Positions 17,297-27,567 of a DNA stretch of 41,986 nt are shown piece by piece (within the stretch, counting starts at the first letter, position 1; each line of letters opens with the position of its first letter). Made by a program: the position numbers and the translations under genes. Source of the DNA: an uncultured bacterium (lineage in GTDB: Bacteria > Desulfobacterota > Dissulfuribacteria > Dissulfuribacterales > UBA3076); assembly GCA_965539945.1 (NCBI GenBank), contig CBETWD010000003.1, forward strand, positions 1-41,986, in the 5' to 3' direction. The notes beneath the pieces were generated by a model. The model was given only the letters and a program-made list of their open reading frames with translations. It did not search any database and was not told where the DNA came from.

Positions 17297-17719
17297 TCAA
17301 TGACCCTTTGTAGAGGTTTTTTCCGGTACTGGAATTTTCATAAAGGAAATTCCTTCTTCCTTCAAAGTTTTTTCTTCCTCTGGTGTAGCAACACCTCTTA
17401 TGTTACGGTTTTCAGTCACACCGTAATGTATCTTGAGGGCCTCTTGCGCAAATGCCGTTCCTACGTCTTCTGTATTTTTTTCCACCACAGTGTAGATCTT
17501 ATTCAGCATCTCATTCAAGACAGCTTCCGAGGTGTCCCCGTCTTTGCCGACGGACCTGGTGCATACTGCAACTGCAGAGGGAGTTTTCCGGACATTATTA
17601 CTACCACAGACAGGACAAATCAGCAGACCCCTCTCCTTCTGTGTCTCAAACGCCTCCCCATCTTGAAACCAGGCTTCAAAGGTATGATCTTGATCGCAAC
17701 GCAAATCAAAGGCTATCAC
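17297..17719 (-). CDS. DUF1178 family zinc-ribbon protein
   Basis: MIAFDLRCDQDHTFEAWF, CPVCGS, EDVGTAFAQEALKIHYG. Confidence 0.9.
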   Translation of the reverse strand: MIAFDLRCDQDHTFEAWFQDGEAFETQKERGLLICPVCGSNNVRKTPSAVAVCTRSVGKDGDTSEAVLNEMLNKIYTVVEKNTEDVGTAFAQEALKIHYGVTENRNIRGVATPEEEKTLKEEGISFMKIPVPEKTSTKGH

Positions 17720-17793
17720 AATGTAAAATTGATAACATTTTGTGAATGGAAACGCAATCCGAACCCCTGAGCATGAAAATTAATTACTCAAAA

Positions 17794-17832
17794 TCAATCA
17801 CGAAAACACGAAGGTACGAAAACACGAAAAAA
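17794..17832. repeat. CACGAAAA-type 8/9-bp tandem repeat
   Basis: ATCACGAAAACACGAAGGTACGAAAACACGAAAA; the inverse TTTCGTGTTTTCGTGATTG occurs at about 34729-34747. Confidence 0.7.
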
Positions 17833-17908
17833 CAAGGCTGGATGAACCTCAAAAAATACTTTAATATTCGGACAAGGTATTGTTTTGTAGTTGAATGGAG
17901 GCCTAATT

Positions 17909-18613
17909 ATGCACAATGTGCGTTTATTTTACCTTTTGTTAGTTATAGTTATGGTATTTACTTTTGCTTCGAAGTCCCTGGCAGGAGGTCTTTCAGATCG
18001 TGGAAAAGATCTTGTGTCCCTGTTACAGAAAAAATACGAAACCACCACTGATATTACCTCTAACTTCGAGCAGGAGACGTTTGCTACCGGTTCTTCAGAG
18101 GGTCTCAAGGCAAAAGGAAAGGTCTATTTCAATCGTCCACACCAGATGCGCTGGGAATACAGTCAACCGGAACCGCAGCTTATTGTCACCAGCGGGCAAG
18201 AGGTATATGTGTATGAGGAGGAAGCCAATCAGGTAATGGTGCTTCCCAGGGATCAATTACTTTCAACTGAGATAAGCAAGGCCTTTTTTTTTGGAAAAGG
18301 TGACCTCAAGCGTTTTTTTATTGTAGAGCATCCTGTAGAAGGCCAACCGGATGCCAGGTGGATGCTGAAGCTTACCCCAAGGAATCCGGTACCGCAGGTA
18401 TGCACCATATGGATTGTCGTAGATTCTGATACCCATCTGGTAAAGGAGATGTGGCTGGAAGACCAGTTAGGTGGCAGGACACATCTTGTATTTAGCAATG
18501 TCAAGGTCAATAAAGGCCTTTCAGACGATCTTTTCCGGTTTGTTCCACCTCCAGGTGTGGAAATCTACCGTACAGATGATTCTGAGGTTCTAGGTTCAGA
18601 GGTTCAGGGTTGA
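17909..18613 (+). CDS. lolA: Outer-membrane lipoprotein carrier LolA
   Basis: Signal peptide, FEQ, GKVYFNRPHQMRWEY, FRFVPPPGV; GGAGG RBS before ATG 17909. The C-terminal SEVLGSEVQG* is repeat-derived. Confidence 0.9.
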   Translation: MHNVRLFYLLLVIVMVFTFASKSLAGGLSDRGKDLVSLLQKKYETTTDITSNFEQETFATGSSEGLKAKGKVYFNRPHQMRWEYSQPEPQLIVTSGQEVYVYEEEANQVMVLPRDQLLSTEISKAFFFGKGDLKRFFIVEHPVEGQPDARWMLKLTPRNPVPQVCTIWIVVDSDTHLVKEMWLEDQLGGRTHLVFSNVKVNKGLSDDLFRFVPPPGVEIYRTDDSEVLGSEVQG

Positions 18614-18903
18614 GGGTTCAAGAAAAAAATGAACATCGAACATCGAACGTCCAACATCGAATGTTGAATGGGGAAAAATGAAGAAACAGAACATGGGTTC
18701 AAAGGGGCAAGGGGCAAGAAAAAAATGAACATCGAACGTCCAACATTGAACATCGAATGGGAAAAGATGAAGAAATAGAAATAGCTGTTGTGTGTTCGGT
18801 ATTGGATATTTGTTTTTCATTCGATGTTGGACGTTCGATGTTCGATGTTGGACGTTCATCTTTCAGTACAACCTGTGAACGGTGAACCCTGAACCTTTGA
18901 ACG
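18580..18903. repeat. Nested repeat element A, copy 2 (inverted relative to copy 1, with an extra AACATCG arm)
   Basis: Near-identical to 14195-14527 on the opposite strand; both translate to the spurious MKNKYPIPNTQQLFLFLHLF. Confidence 0.92.
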
Positions 18904-18923
18904 TCTACAATCAGGAGAACAAA

Positions 18924-19838
18924 ATGTCCAATGAAAGTTTAGCTGAAGAAATCCGTGCATTGGCACAGGAAAAAAACGCTATCATTCTTGCTCACAATTA
19001 CCAGGTGCCGGAGGTCCAGGATATTGCGGACCTTACCGGGGATTCTCTGGCCCTGAGTATCCAGGCATCAGAGACCGAAGCCGATATCATAATATTTTGC
19101 GGAGTCCGTTTTATGGCTGAGACCGCGGCCATTGTTTGTCCGGATAAAAAAGTAATACTGCCTGTTAAAGAGGCAGGCTGTGGTATGGCGGATATGCTGA
19201 ACGCCGCGGAGCTGATGGCTGAGAAAGCAAAGTATCCAGGCGTGCCTGTGGTCACATATGTGAATTCTACAGCCGAAGTAAAGGCGGAAAGCGATATCTG
19301 CTGTACCTCAGCCAACGCGGTGCAGGTCGTTAAATCCTTAAAGACTCCTGAAGTCCTTATGACCCCGGACAAGAATCTGGCAATGTGGGCACAGAGACAC
19401 ACAGATCAAAAAGTCCATTACTGGCTTGGTTACTGTCCAATTCATGATGATCTCACAGTTGCCCAAGTCAAGGAGGCGAAAGCCGCTCACCCCGAGGCCT
19501 TGCTGATGGCCCATCCCGAGTGCCTTCCAGAGGTGCTGGACATGGCGGATGCGGTAAGAAGCACCAGCGGCATGCTGACCTTTGCAGCAGAATCCAAGGC
19601 AAAGGAATTCATTGTTGCCACAGAGATCGGGCTTTTACATCCGTTGAAAAAGCAAAATCCAGGAAAGAAATTTTACGCTGCTTCTCCTGAGATGGTCTGT
19701 ATAGACATGAAAAAAACAGGCCTGAAGGAGGTGTTGCAGGCCCTTCAGACAGAAGGGCCTGTGATTATTGTGCCCGAACCGATTCGTTTAAAGGCCCTCA
19801 AGGCTGTTGAACGTATGATGGCCGTGCCGCGGGACTGA
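18924..19838 (+). CDS. nadA: Quinolinate synthase
   Basis: ILAHNYQ, FCGVRFMAE, AGCGMA, YVNS, CCTSANA, CPIH, AHPEC, CIDMK; AGGAG RBS before ATG 18924. Confidence 0.97.
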   Translation: MSNESLAEEIRALAQEKNAIILAHNYQVPEVQDIADLTGDSLALSIQASETEADIIIFCGVRFMAETAAIVCPDKKVILPVKEAGCGMADMLNAAELMAEKAKYPGVPVVTYVNSTAEVKAESDICCTSANAVQVVKSLKTPEVLMTPDKNLAMWAQRHTDQKVHYWLGYCPIHDDLTVAQVKEAKAAHPEALLMAHPECLPEVLDMADAVRSTSGMLTFAAESKAKEFIVATEIGLLHPLKKQNPGKKFYAASPEMVCIDMKKTGLKEVLQALQTEGPVIIVPEPIRLKALKAVERMMAVPRD

Positions 19839-19960
19839 ACTTTTCCAAACAGTCACATTTTGCATGATCGATAAATACCTAACCCGGACAAGCCGGAACC
19901 AAACAGGATTGAAGATAAAAAAATTGACAGGATCAGGGAGAACCTGGGGGAGGTTATTGA

Positions 19961-22900
19961 TCAAGATCCCGGACTTTCCACCAGGTCTACCGAAACCAGT
20001 CTTGACACCCCTTTATCCTCCATAGTAACTCCATAAAGGACATCAGCAATCTCCATCACCTTCTGGTTATGAGTAACAAGCATTACCTGGGACTGCTCTG
20101 ATATCTTTTTTATAAACCGGTTAAATCGTACGGTATTGGCTTCATCAAGTGCGGCATCTACTTCATCCAGCAGGCAGAAAGGACCGGGCTTTATGAAATA
20201 GATGGCAAGAATCAGGGCCATTGCAGCTAATGCCTTCTCCCCTCCTGAAAGAAGATTCAGATACTGGATTCTTTTTCCGGGAAGCTGTATCAAATAGTCT
20301 ATCCCCGAATCCAGTATATCGTCAGCCGATGTCAAATTCAGTTTAGCAGTCCCCCCTTCAAAGAGTAAAGGAAAGACCTTGGAAAGGCTCTCGTTTACTG
20401 AGTCCAGGGCCTCTTTAAACCTGGTCCTGCAGGTACGATTGATCCTGCCTATGGCCTGTTCGAGGTCTTCGATTGAGCTGATAAGGTCGTCTTTCTGGGA
20501 ATTAAGATAGTTCCATCTGTCTTCAAGCTCTTTGTATTCTTCAACAGCGGCAAGGTTCACAGACCCAAGGCGATCTACCTTGCGGCCTATATCACTGATC
20601 CGGTCCCTTGCCTCATCAGGAGAAAATGGAGAAATGCGCCATTTATCACAAAATTCTTCTATGTCGGCCCGGTGGCGATCCATAGCTGTTTTTTTCAGAT
20701 ACACAAGGCCCTGTTCCACTTCGGAAAGGGCAAGCTCATTTTGATGAACCTGCTCTTCAATAGCTCTGAGCCGGGTCTGTAAATCATTGATCTTGCCTTG
20801 CAATCCGGCAACAGCCTGCCGGGTGTGATCGTATTTTGTTTCGACCTCTTCCAGATGCCTTTTTTCAATCAGGACATTGTTCTCTTTGGCCTCAACTCTC
20901 AGCCGCACATCTTTGAGAGACCCTGCCCTGTTCTTAAGTTGGATTGCCAGGCGTTGCTTTTCTACCAGCATCGTTTCCCGATCCCGGACTATCTGGTCCT
21001 TTCTATCAGCAAGCCTTCCAAGCTCCTGTTCCCTTTCCTGAAGCTGAGTCTGAACGCGGACCATTTTTATTCTATATTCCTCAAGGGCCTTTCTCCTGCG
21101 GGAAAGCACCTGTTCCTGCAGTCTCAAGGCATCCTCACGGCCCTTTATCTGCCCTTCAGCTTCAACCCTGGCTGAAACGGCAACTTCAACAGCTTCTTCC
21201 AACCCTTCAAGGGACACCTCTACATCAAGTATTTCCTCTTCGGCCTCTTCAATCTCCAAATCTATGCGTTGTGACCTCTCTTTTTGAGCCTCAATTTCCA
21301 TGAGTAAGCTGTCTACTTCCTGTTTATGACCAGCCAGGTCTTCAAAAATCCGGCTCTTTTTCTTATTGACTTCCTTGAGTTTGGTCTCAGCCTTTAAGAG
21401 TTCTTTGCTTATCTCATCTTCCTCACTACAGATCTGCATGTAAGATTCATGAAGTTCCTTTTCGCGTACAGTTAATGTGGAAACCTCAGCCTTTCTTGCA
21501 AGTATTCCTGAAGATGCCTTGTCTTTGTCCCCAAAGACCAGTTCACCCCATGGAGTGAGGATCTCACCATCCAGTGTGATGTAAAAAAGGGCTTTATTGT
21601 CAGTATTGCGCAGTTTAAAAGCAGTCTTCAAATCCGGCGCCACCTTCCAATGGATCAGGATATCGGCCACGACCTTGTCAACGGGATGTCTCGCACTGAC
21701 AAACTCAAGAAGGGTGTTATCCTTTTTTTCTTCCACCTTGCAGCGGTCCTTACCGGGTATAATCAGACTTGCTCTTCCCGCCGGCTGGTCCTTAAGAAAG
21801 GACATGGCCCTATCACATGCCTCCATGTCAGGGACTATCAAAGCCTGAATTCCGTGTCCAAGGGCTATCTCTACTAAATGTTCCCAGCCCGGCTCTACTT
21901 CCAGAAAATCAGCAAGTACCCCCAATGTGGAAACATCGGAGCTGATCAACTTATTAGTGGCCCTGCTGAAGCCCTCACCTGATGCATCAATAGTCTTCAG
22001 TGCATTAAGCCTGGCTCTGCATGATGCCAGTTCCGAGTCTGCTTTATGCCTTTTTTCCACAGTGGCTGAAAGACGGCCTCTCAGATTAGAAACAACACCT
22101 TCAAGTGCTTTTTCATCATGAGACAAGGAATCCAATTCAGTCCGGGTTTCCGCTACCTTATCCTCATGCCTTTTCAGATCACCTTGCAGACCCTTTACAT
22201 GCTCTGATATACCCTGCAGCTCATTCCGCCTCTGGTCCAGACGGCGCCTGAGTCTATCCTCCCGGTCTCTTAAGCCATTGCGTTTACTGTCCAGCCTCGC
22301 GTGCCTGGCTGCCGCATCTACGAGCTGCACCTTTACTGCCTCAAGAGACTCTTTTACTTGGTCCCTGGCTGCCTTTGATTCCTCTATCCATTTTTCCCGG
22401 TCGGACACATCAACCAGGTATGATGACTCCTCTGTCTTGAGGGCCTTGATATCTTTCTGAAGCCCTTCACGGCTGCGTTCTATTAATGCCCCTTTTTCTT
22501 CAAATTCCAACAAGGTCTTCTCGGCAGATTGCAGCCTGTTTTCTTCCTTAATTAAGGACTTTTCATGCTGCGAGGCCTCTTCCCTGAGCTCCTGAAGGCT
22601 GTTTTCCGCATCAGTCAGGCCCTTACGAATCGCAGCCAAGGCCTCTTCCGCCTCGAGGACTTCCAGTTCAAGCCTTTCCCGATCTGCGACATTTTTAGAA
22701 AGCTCTGCCTGCACACCGGACAGGTCGGCAGAGAGACAATCTTTCTCTTTTTCCAGATCCGTTCTTCGTCCCAACTCAGCAAACCACGCATGGGCAAGGA
22801 GTGCCTGATCCAGTTGGTCCTGTTCTCTCCGCAGCTTCAGGTAGCGCTCTGTTCTTTTTGCCTGTCTGGAGAGAAATTTGCGTTGACGTTCCACCTCGAC

Positions 22901-23491
22901 CAAGAGGTCTTCCAGCCTCTCAAGGTTTTGTTTTGTCTGAGCCATGCGGCGCTCGGCCTCGCTACGCTTGGCCCTGAACCTGGAGATACCCGCCACCTCC
23001 TCAATCAAAAGACGACGATCTCCCGGTACCATGTCAATAAAAGCACTAACCTGACCTTGATCAAAAATGGAGTATGCCCTGGCACCAACCCCTGTATCCA
23101 TAAAGAGGTAGTGGATGTCCTTCAGCCTGCAACTCTTGCCGTTAATACGATATTCCGTGTCCCCTGATCTATGGATACGACGCATTATTTCGATCTCAGG
23201 GGTATTTTCATACCCCGGCGGGACAAAAGAACCTCTGTTTTCCACGACCAATCGGACCTCAGCCAGGTCTGCGCGCCTGTCATTATTTCCATTGTAAAGC
23301 ACGTCGTCCATTTTCTTGGCCCTGAGCATGCTGGGGCTCTGCTCCCCCAGTACCCATCTGATGGCGTCAACAATGTTGGATTTGCCGCACCCATTGGGCC
23401 CGACAATGGCGATAACACCTTGGGTGAATGACAGTTTTGTGCGCGCAGGAAAGGATTTGAAGCCGAAAAGTGTCAGAGAATTAAGTCGCAT
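19961..23491 (-). CDS. smc: Chromosome segregation protein SMC
   Basis: GFKSF, GPNGCGKSN, long coiled coils with hinge, LSGGEK, LLDEVDAALD. Confidence 0.97.
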   Translation of the reverse strand: MRLNSLTLFGFKSFPARTKLSFTQGVIAIVGPNGCGKSNIVDAIRWVLGEQSPSMLRAKKMDDVLYNGNNDRRADLAEVRLVVENRGSFVPPGYENTPEIEIMRRIHRSGDTEYRINGKSCRLKDIHYLFMDTGVGARAYSIFDQGQVSAFIDMVPGDRRLLIEEVAGISRFRAKRSEAERRMAQTKQNLERLEDLLVEVERQRKFLSRQAKRTERYLKLRREQDQLDQALLAHAWFAELGRRTDLEKEKDCLSADLSGVQAELSKNVADRERLELEVLEAEEALAAIRKGLTDAENSLQELREEASQHEKSLIKEENRLQSAEKTLLEFEEKGALIERSREGLQKDIKALKTEESSYLVDVSDREKWIEESKAARDQVKESLEAVKVQLVDAAARHARLDSKRNGLRDREDRLRRRLDQRRNELQGISEHVKGLQGDLKRHEDKVAETRTELDSLSHDEKALEGVVSNLRGRLSATVEKRHKADSELASCRARLNALKTIDASGEGFSRATNKLISSDVSTLGVLADFLEVEPGWEHLVEIALGHGIQALIVPDMEACDRAMSFLKDQPAGRASLIIPGKDRCKVEEKKDNTLLEFVSARHPVDKVVADILIHWKVAPDLKTAFKLRNTDNKALFYITLDGEILTPWGELVFGDKDKASSGILARKAEVSTLTVREKELHESYMQICSEEDEISKELLKAETKLKEVNKKKSRIFEDLAGHKQEVDSLLMEIEAQKERSQRIDLEIEEAEEEILDVEVSLEGLEEAVEVAVSARVEAEGQIKGREDALRLQEQVLSRRRKALEEYRIKMVRVQTQLQEREQELGRLADRKDQIVRDRETMLVEKQRLAIQLKNRAGSLKDVRLRVEAKENNVLIEKRHLEEVETKYDHTRQAVAGLQGKINDLQTRLRAIEEQVHQNELALSEVEQGLVYLKKTAMDRHRADIEEFCDKWRISPFSPDEARDRISDIGRKVDRLGSVNLAAVEEYKELEDRWNYLNSQKDDLISSIEDLEQAIGRINRTCRTRFKEALDSVNESLSKVFPLLFEGGTAKLNLTSADDILDSGIDYLIQLPGKRIQYLNLLSGGEKALAAMALILAIYFIKPGPFCLLDEVDAALDEANTVRFNRFIKKISEQSQVMLVTHNQKVMEIADVLYGVTMEDKGVSRLVSVDLVESPGS

Positions 23492-23496
23492 AACCC

Positions 23497-23642
23497 AACC
23501 CGGATAAACCGGAATAGTGCCTAAAGTGAACTAAAGTTATAAGTGCCTAAAGTTAAGGTGTCGCTTCGCTCCATCCATTTATATCAACCGCGCTGAAAGC
23601 GCGCACCACAATTTTAGGCACTTTAGCGCACTTTAGGCACTT
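23497..23642. repeat. AACCCGGATAAACCGGAA motif plus element with inverted AGTGCCTAA/TTAGGCACT nonamer arms
   Basis: AGTGCCTAAAGTGAACTAAAGTTATAAGTGCCTAAAGTT ... TTTTAGGCACTTTAGCGCACTTTAGGCACTT; the left arm recurs at 37198-37222. Confidence 0.88.
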
Positions 23643-23680
23643 CAAACTCAATAAAAAGTAATGCAGTTATTGATTATGAG

Positions 23681-25438
23681 CTATCTATACCGGATATCTT
23701 TCAGCCTTAGCTCGAGTTGCTTTCGCCCTTGCCATACATTGATACAAGGCATGCAGGCAAGCTCAAGCTCCTCCCAGGGAAGACCTACCTTATCTCCTTG
23801 CCCCCATCCCACCAGATCCATTTTTCCTCTCATGTACTCATTTTTCAAACCGGTCCGGGATATGAGAGAAAGTTTCAAGTGGCCGTTTCCAACAACTCTT
23901 GACTGACGGACTGAGAAATCCCGAACTGCAAACAGAGGGGCCGGATAACCCGCGCCAAAGGGCTCCAGATGTTCATAGAACCGGGAAAAACCCGGATCAA
24001 TGAGTTCATCAATACCGGCAGTGCAATCAACCATAAGCCTGGGACAGATATCGTTTTGCTCCAGAACCGAGGCCACGACTTTTTGAAAGTCCGTGCAGAA
24101 TCCTTCTACTGAATCGGATGGCAGCCTCATCCCGGCAGCAGCCCTGTGGCCGCCAAAGGAACTAAGGTGGCCGGAACAGGCACAAAGAGACTCGTAGAGA
24201 TTGATTCCTTCAGGACTGCGGCCCGAACCGTGGGCCTCATCTCCGTCCAGGGCAAGAAGAATCACAGGCCTATGAAATTGTTCTACCAGTCTGGATGCAA
24301 CTATACCTATAATGCCTATTTTCCATTTAGGGCTCGCCAAGACATAGGCGGACTGCTTTTCAAGGGATCGGATTTTATCTAATGCCTCATTAAATATATG
24401 CTTTTCTTCCGCCTGGCGATCCCGATTGAGCAGATGTAATTCGTCGGCAAGCTTCTTCGCCTCTGACTCATCATCTGTAACGAGCAACCTGAAAGCTTTA
24501 TCCGCATGAGCCATCCGCCCTGCGGCATTTATTCGCGGGCCGATGCGAAAGGCAATATCCGTGGAGGTAATACCGGAATCCAGGGAACATACTGCCTTCA
24601 ATGCCTTGATCCCCGGCCTGTCGGATCTACCAAGCACCTCAAGTCCCGCCCGGACCAGTATGCGATTGTCCCCCAAAAGCGGTACCACATCCGCCACAGT
24701 CCCCATGGCTACAAAATCTAGATATTCTTTGAGATTGGGCACCTGCCCAGCGTTCCAGTGTCCAAGCTCATAAAGACGACGTCTTAATGCCATGACAAGA
24801 TTAAAGGCCACACCTACGCCGGCAAGTTCTTTAAAAGCAAAGGCGCAATCAGAACGCTTGGGATCCAGCACTGCCAGGGCCCTGGGAAGGGAATCAGGGG
24901 GCTCGTGGTGGTCGGTGATAATGACATCCATCCCAAGTTCCCCTGCCAGGGCGACTTCTTCGCTATCTGATATGCCACAATCAACTGTAATCAGAAGCTT
25001 GCAGCCTCTGGATGCGAGATTCCTTAATCCCTCTGCACTAAGTCCATAGCCCTCGTTCTCCCTGTGGGGGATATAGACTGTCACCTTTAGTCCAAGCCCC
25101 TCAAGAAATCCAAAGACTAAGGCTGCGGAGGTTACACCGTCGACATCATAATCACCAAATACGCCCACATGTTCCCCCTGAGCTACTGCCTTGACCAGCC
25201 GGTCAACAGCCCTGTCCATGTCCATCATCTTCCAGGGATCGCTGAGAGATTTAAGCGCAGGACTGAGGTGTTGAGCAACGGCCTCCGGCGTACTTATCCC
25301 ACGCTGATACAGAAACTTGGCAATAATATCCGGGACCCCTGACTTACCGGCAAGTTCCTCAATTGCCAACGTATTCAAAGAGGCAAAATCCCACGGCTGT
25401 TCGAGGATCACAGAGCTCATGATCAGGAGCCTAATCAT
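23681..25438 (-). CDS. recJ: ssDNA-specific exonuclease RecJ
   Basis: GDYDVDG, ITVDCG, TDHH, GTVADVVPL, PRINAAGR, GSGRS, GGHRAAAG. Confidence 0.97.
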   Translation of the reverse strand: MIRLLIMSSVILEQPWDFASLNTLAIEELAGKSGVPDIIAKFLYQRGISTPEAVAQHLSPALKSLSDPWKMMDMDRAVDRLVKAVAQGEHVGVFGDYDVDGVTSAALVFGFLEGLGLKVTVYIPHRENEGYGLSAEGLRNLASRGCKLLITVDCGISDSEEVALAGELGMDVIITDHHEPPDSLPRALAVLDPKRSDCAFAFKELAGVGVAFNLVMALRRRLYELGHWNAGQVPNLKEYLDFVAMGTVADVVPLLGDNRILVRAGLEVLGRSDRPGIKALKAVCSLDSGITSTDIAFRIGPRINAAGRMAHADKAFRLLVTDDESEAKKLADELHLLNRDRQAEEKHIFNEALDKIRSLEKQSAYVLASPKWKIGIIGIVASRLVEQFHRPVILLALDGDEAHGSGRSPEGINLYESLCACSGHLSSFGGHRAAAGMRLPSDSVEGFCTDFQKVVASVLEQNDICPRLMVDCTAGIDELIDPGFSRFYEHLEPFGAGYPAPLFAVRDFSVRQSRVVGNGHLKLSLISRTGLKNEYMRGKMDLVGWGQGDKVGLPWEELELACMPCINVWQGRKQLELRLKDIRYR

Positions 25439-25464
25439 GCCTCAGGGGACTGTCAATTTGTTCC

Positions 25465-25643
25465 TTATGCTTAAATTGAGCAATTAGCCTTTAGCGGTTA
25501 GCTATTAGTTAAATGATTACAGGATGTTTTGCTATTACAAACTTTCACCAGTTGGGTGCTATTTCTAAGTAACGTAATGCCTTGATTTTTCAAAGCTAAA
25601 CGCTAATGGCTAACAGCTAATCGCTCAACTTAGATTATGCTTA
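25465..25643. mobile_element. MITE-like element with inverted TTAGCNN/NNGCTAA heptamer arms and flanking direct repeat
   Basis: Left TAAATTGAGCAATTAGC pairs with right GCTAATCGCTCAACTTA; TTATGCTTA at 25465-25473 and 25635-25643. Confidence 0.75.
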
Positions 25644-25828
25644 CACCGGTTTATCCAGGTTAATTTTTTTTTGCTATTAAAATTTTTTAAAGAAAAGCGC
25701 TTCATTTTTTACCTTCTCAGAATTCACACAGATAATATTTTAAACTACCCTTTGTTGAAAAAGTTTAATTACTTGATATTCCAGCATATTTTAAACGTCC
25801 TATGTCTGTGTATCCGTGACGCAAGAGC

Positions 25829-25844
25829 TGGCACATCCATTGCT
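25829..25844 (+). promoter_or_regulatory. Sigma-54 promoter
   Basis: TGGCACATCCATTGCT with correct -24/-12 spacing, about 65 bp before the 25909 start. Confidence 0.75.
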
Positions 25845-25908
25845 GCTTCAAGTTCTAATTCCTAACCTTCCCCAAATATTGAAAAAAATTTAAAAAGGAT
25901 GTAGTGCA

Positions 25909-27552
25909 GTGAAAAGCTCAATATATTTCATAAGACACGGAGAGACGCATGCAAACGAGCAAAACTACCTTGCCGGAGGTATTGATGTCCCGCTCTCTGA
26001 TCTTGGGAAGAGGCAAGCAAAAGAAGCAGGGCAGATGATATTGAAAAAGGGACTTAAGTTTGACGAAGTTCACACTTCGGATCTTACTCGAACCAAAATA
26101 ACGGCCTTAATTGCATTAAGAGAATCAGGACAGGAAAACATCCCGTTTATCGAATCTCCGGAAGTAAGAGAAAGAGATTTTGGTATATTTGCAAAAATGA
26201 ATAAAAATTTACTCAAGAAATCCCTCGGTTATAGGGGCTATGACAGAAAGCTCCATTCTCCTATTGAATGTCCAGACTCTGGGGAGACCTTTAAAGATAT
26301 GTATAGGAGAGTTCACAAATACTATTACAATGTATTACTCCCCAAAATTAAATCAGGGAAATCGATTCTGGTTGTGTGCCATAAGTATATTATTGAGATG
26401 TTTGCCTTGATTTTAGCTGGGCTTAAGATGGATAATTACTTTGATTTTCGTCTTCCAAATGCCAAGCCAATGAGCGAAAAGGATTTGGTAGGTTATATAA
26501 AGTCTGAATCAAAGCTCTTGAAAGAGATTTCCGATCGTCTTACTTATCATTCTTCCTGGATAATCATTGCAGCCGCCCTTTTTGGCATTTTAGCAAAGAC
26601 TGCCATTGGCCTTCCATTTAATAGCTTTGCTTTTTTGATAATAACAAGCATACTTCTTGGTATTAGTACTTTCTTTATTACACTTGGCCTAAACACAAAT
26701 TCTATAATAGATTCTTTTAATTTAAAAAAGCGATTCTTGTTTCTTTGGTGTTTAAAGTTTGGCTTAGCCGGAAGTTTGTTTCTATTAATGAAAGATAATG
26801 TAACATCAAATTTGGCAATGCTTTTTCTTATGCCACCGGCATTTACAGCGCCTATACTCTCTCTGCTTTGGGGCGGGAGTCTGTACTTGGCTATTGAAAA
26901 AACGTTTTTACTCTCTCTCTTGTCTCCTTTGGTTATAGCCGGGCTCTTGTGTTTTGGTGACATTTCATTCTATATTATATTTATGCCCTTTCTCGCTGTT
27001 ATGATTATTTCCATGATTGTGCCTACATGTATAGCTCAAGCTATCCGGATAAGAAAGCCGGTTGAGAGTAGTAAATTTGCCGAACACTGGAAATGGCTCG
27101 GCATACTTTCAATCATCCTGGTATCTTTTATAAGCACATACCGTTTTACTCCGGCCAACATATTTGATCTAATATTAGGGAACTTAGAAAATTCAAGTAT
27201 TTTTCTTACGCAAGGGATAACAGTGTGTTCAATGCTTTTATTAATTAAATTTTTTGCCTACTCTGCCAGTAAATTCAGTAAAAAGGATGCCCCACAGACT
27301 ACCGACATTTATATAACTCATTCTACACCCAATATCTTCTTATGGATCAACTGCATTTCTTTCCAGGCTGATATAGTTTATATTGGATTTTGGGCTTCTA
27401 TTGCATTTTTTGTGGGAATATTGCTGGACGAAATCTATTTTGTTTATAAATTTAATGGAATCATGTCTTCCAAAAAGAGCAGGATCACCTATATGAAACC
27501 TGCCCGAGTGAACTCTATCACCGGCCTGGAATCGTGCCCCGTACCTGCATGA
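25909..27552 (+). CDS. Histidine phosphatase (dPGM-like) fused to a multi-TM, BASS/SBF-like transporter domain
   Basis: RHGET, SDLTRTKIT, ERDFG, SGETF, VVCH; then about 9-10 hydrophobic segments including MPPAFTAPILSLLWGGS. Confidence 0.75.
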   Translation: MKSSIYFIRHGETHANEQNYLAGGIDVPLSDLGKRQAKEAGQMILKKGLKFDEVHTSDLTRTKITALIALRESGQENIPFIESPEVRERDFGIFAKMNKNLLKKSLGYRGYDRKLHSPIECPDSGETFKDMYRRVHKYYYNVLLPKIKSGKSILVVCHKYIIEMFALILAGLKMDNYFDFRLPNAKPMSEKDLVGYIKSESKLLKEISDRLTYHSSWIIIAAALFGILAKTAIGLPFNSFAFLIITSILLGISTFFITLGLNTNSIIDSFNLKKRFLFLWCLKFGLAGSLFLLMKDNVTSNLAMLFLMPPAFTAPILSLLWGGSLYLAIEKTFLLSLLSPLVIAGLLCFGDISFYIIFMPFLAVMIISMIVPTCIAQAIRIRKPVESSKFAEHWKWLGILSIILVSFISTYRFTPANIFDLILGNLENSSIFLTQGITVCSMLLLIKFFAYSASKFSKKDAPQTTDIYITHSTPNIFLWINCISFQADIVYIGFWASIAFFVGILLDEIYFVYKFNGIMSSKKSRITYMKPARVNSITGLESCPVPA

Positions 27553-27567
27553 GCGATCTTTTTCAAC

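Noticed and set aside
14195-18903. Repeat arrays as possible CRISPR
   Set aside because: Units are 7-9 bp in tandem with no unique spacers, and there are no cas genes.
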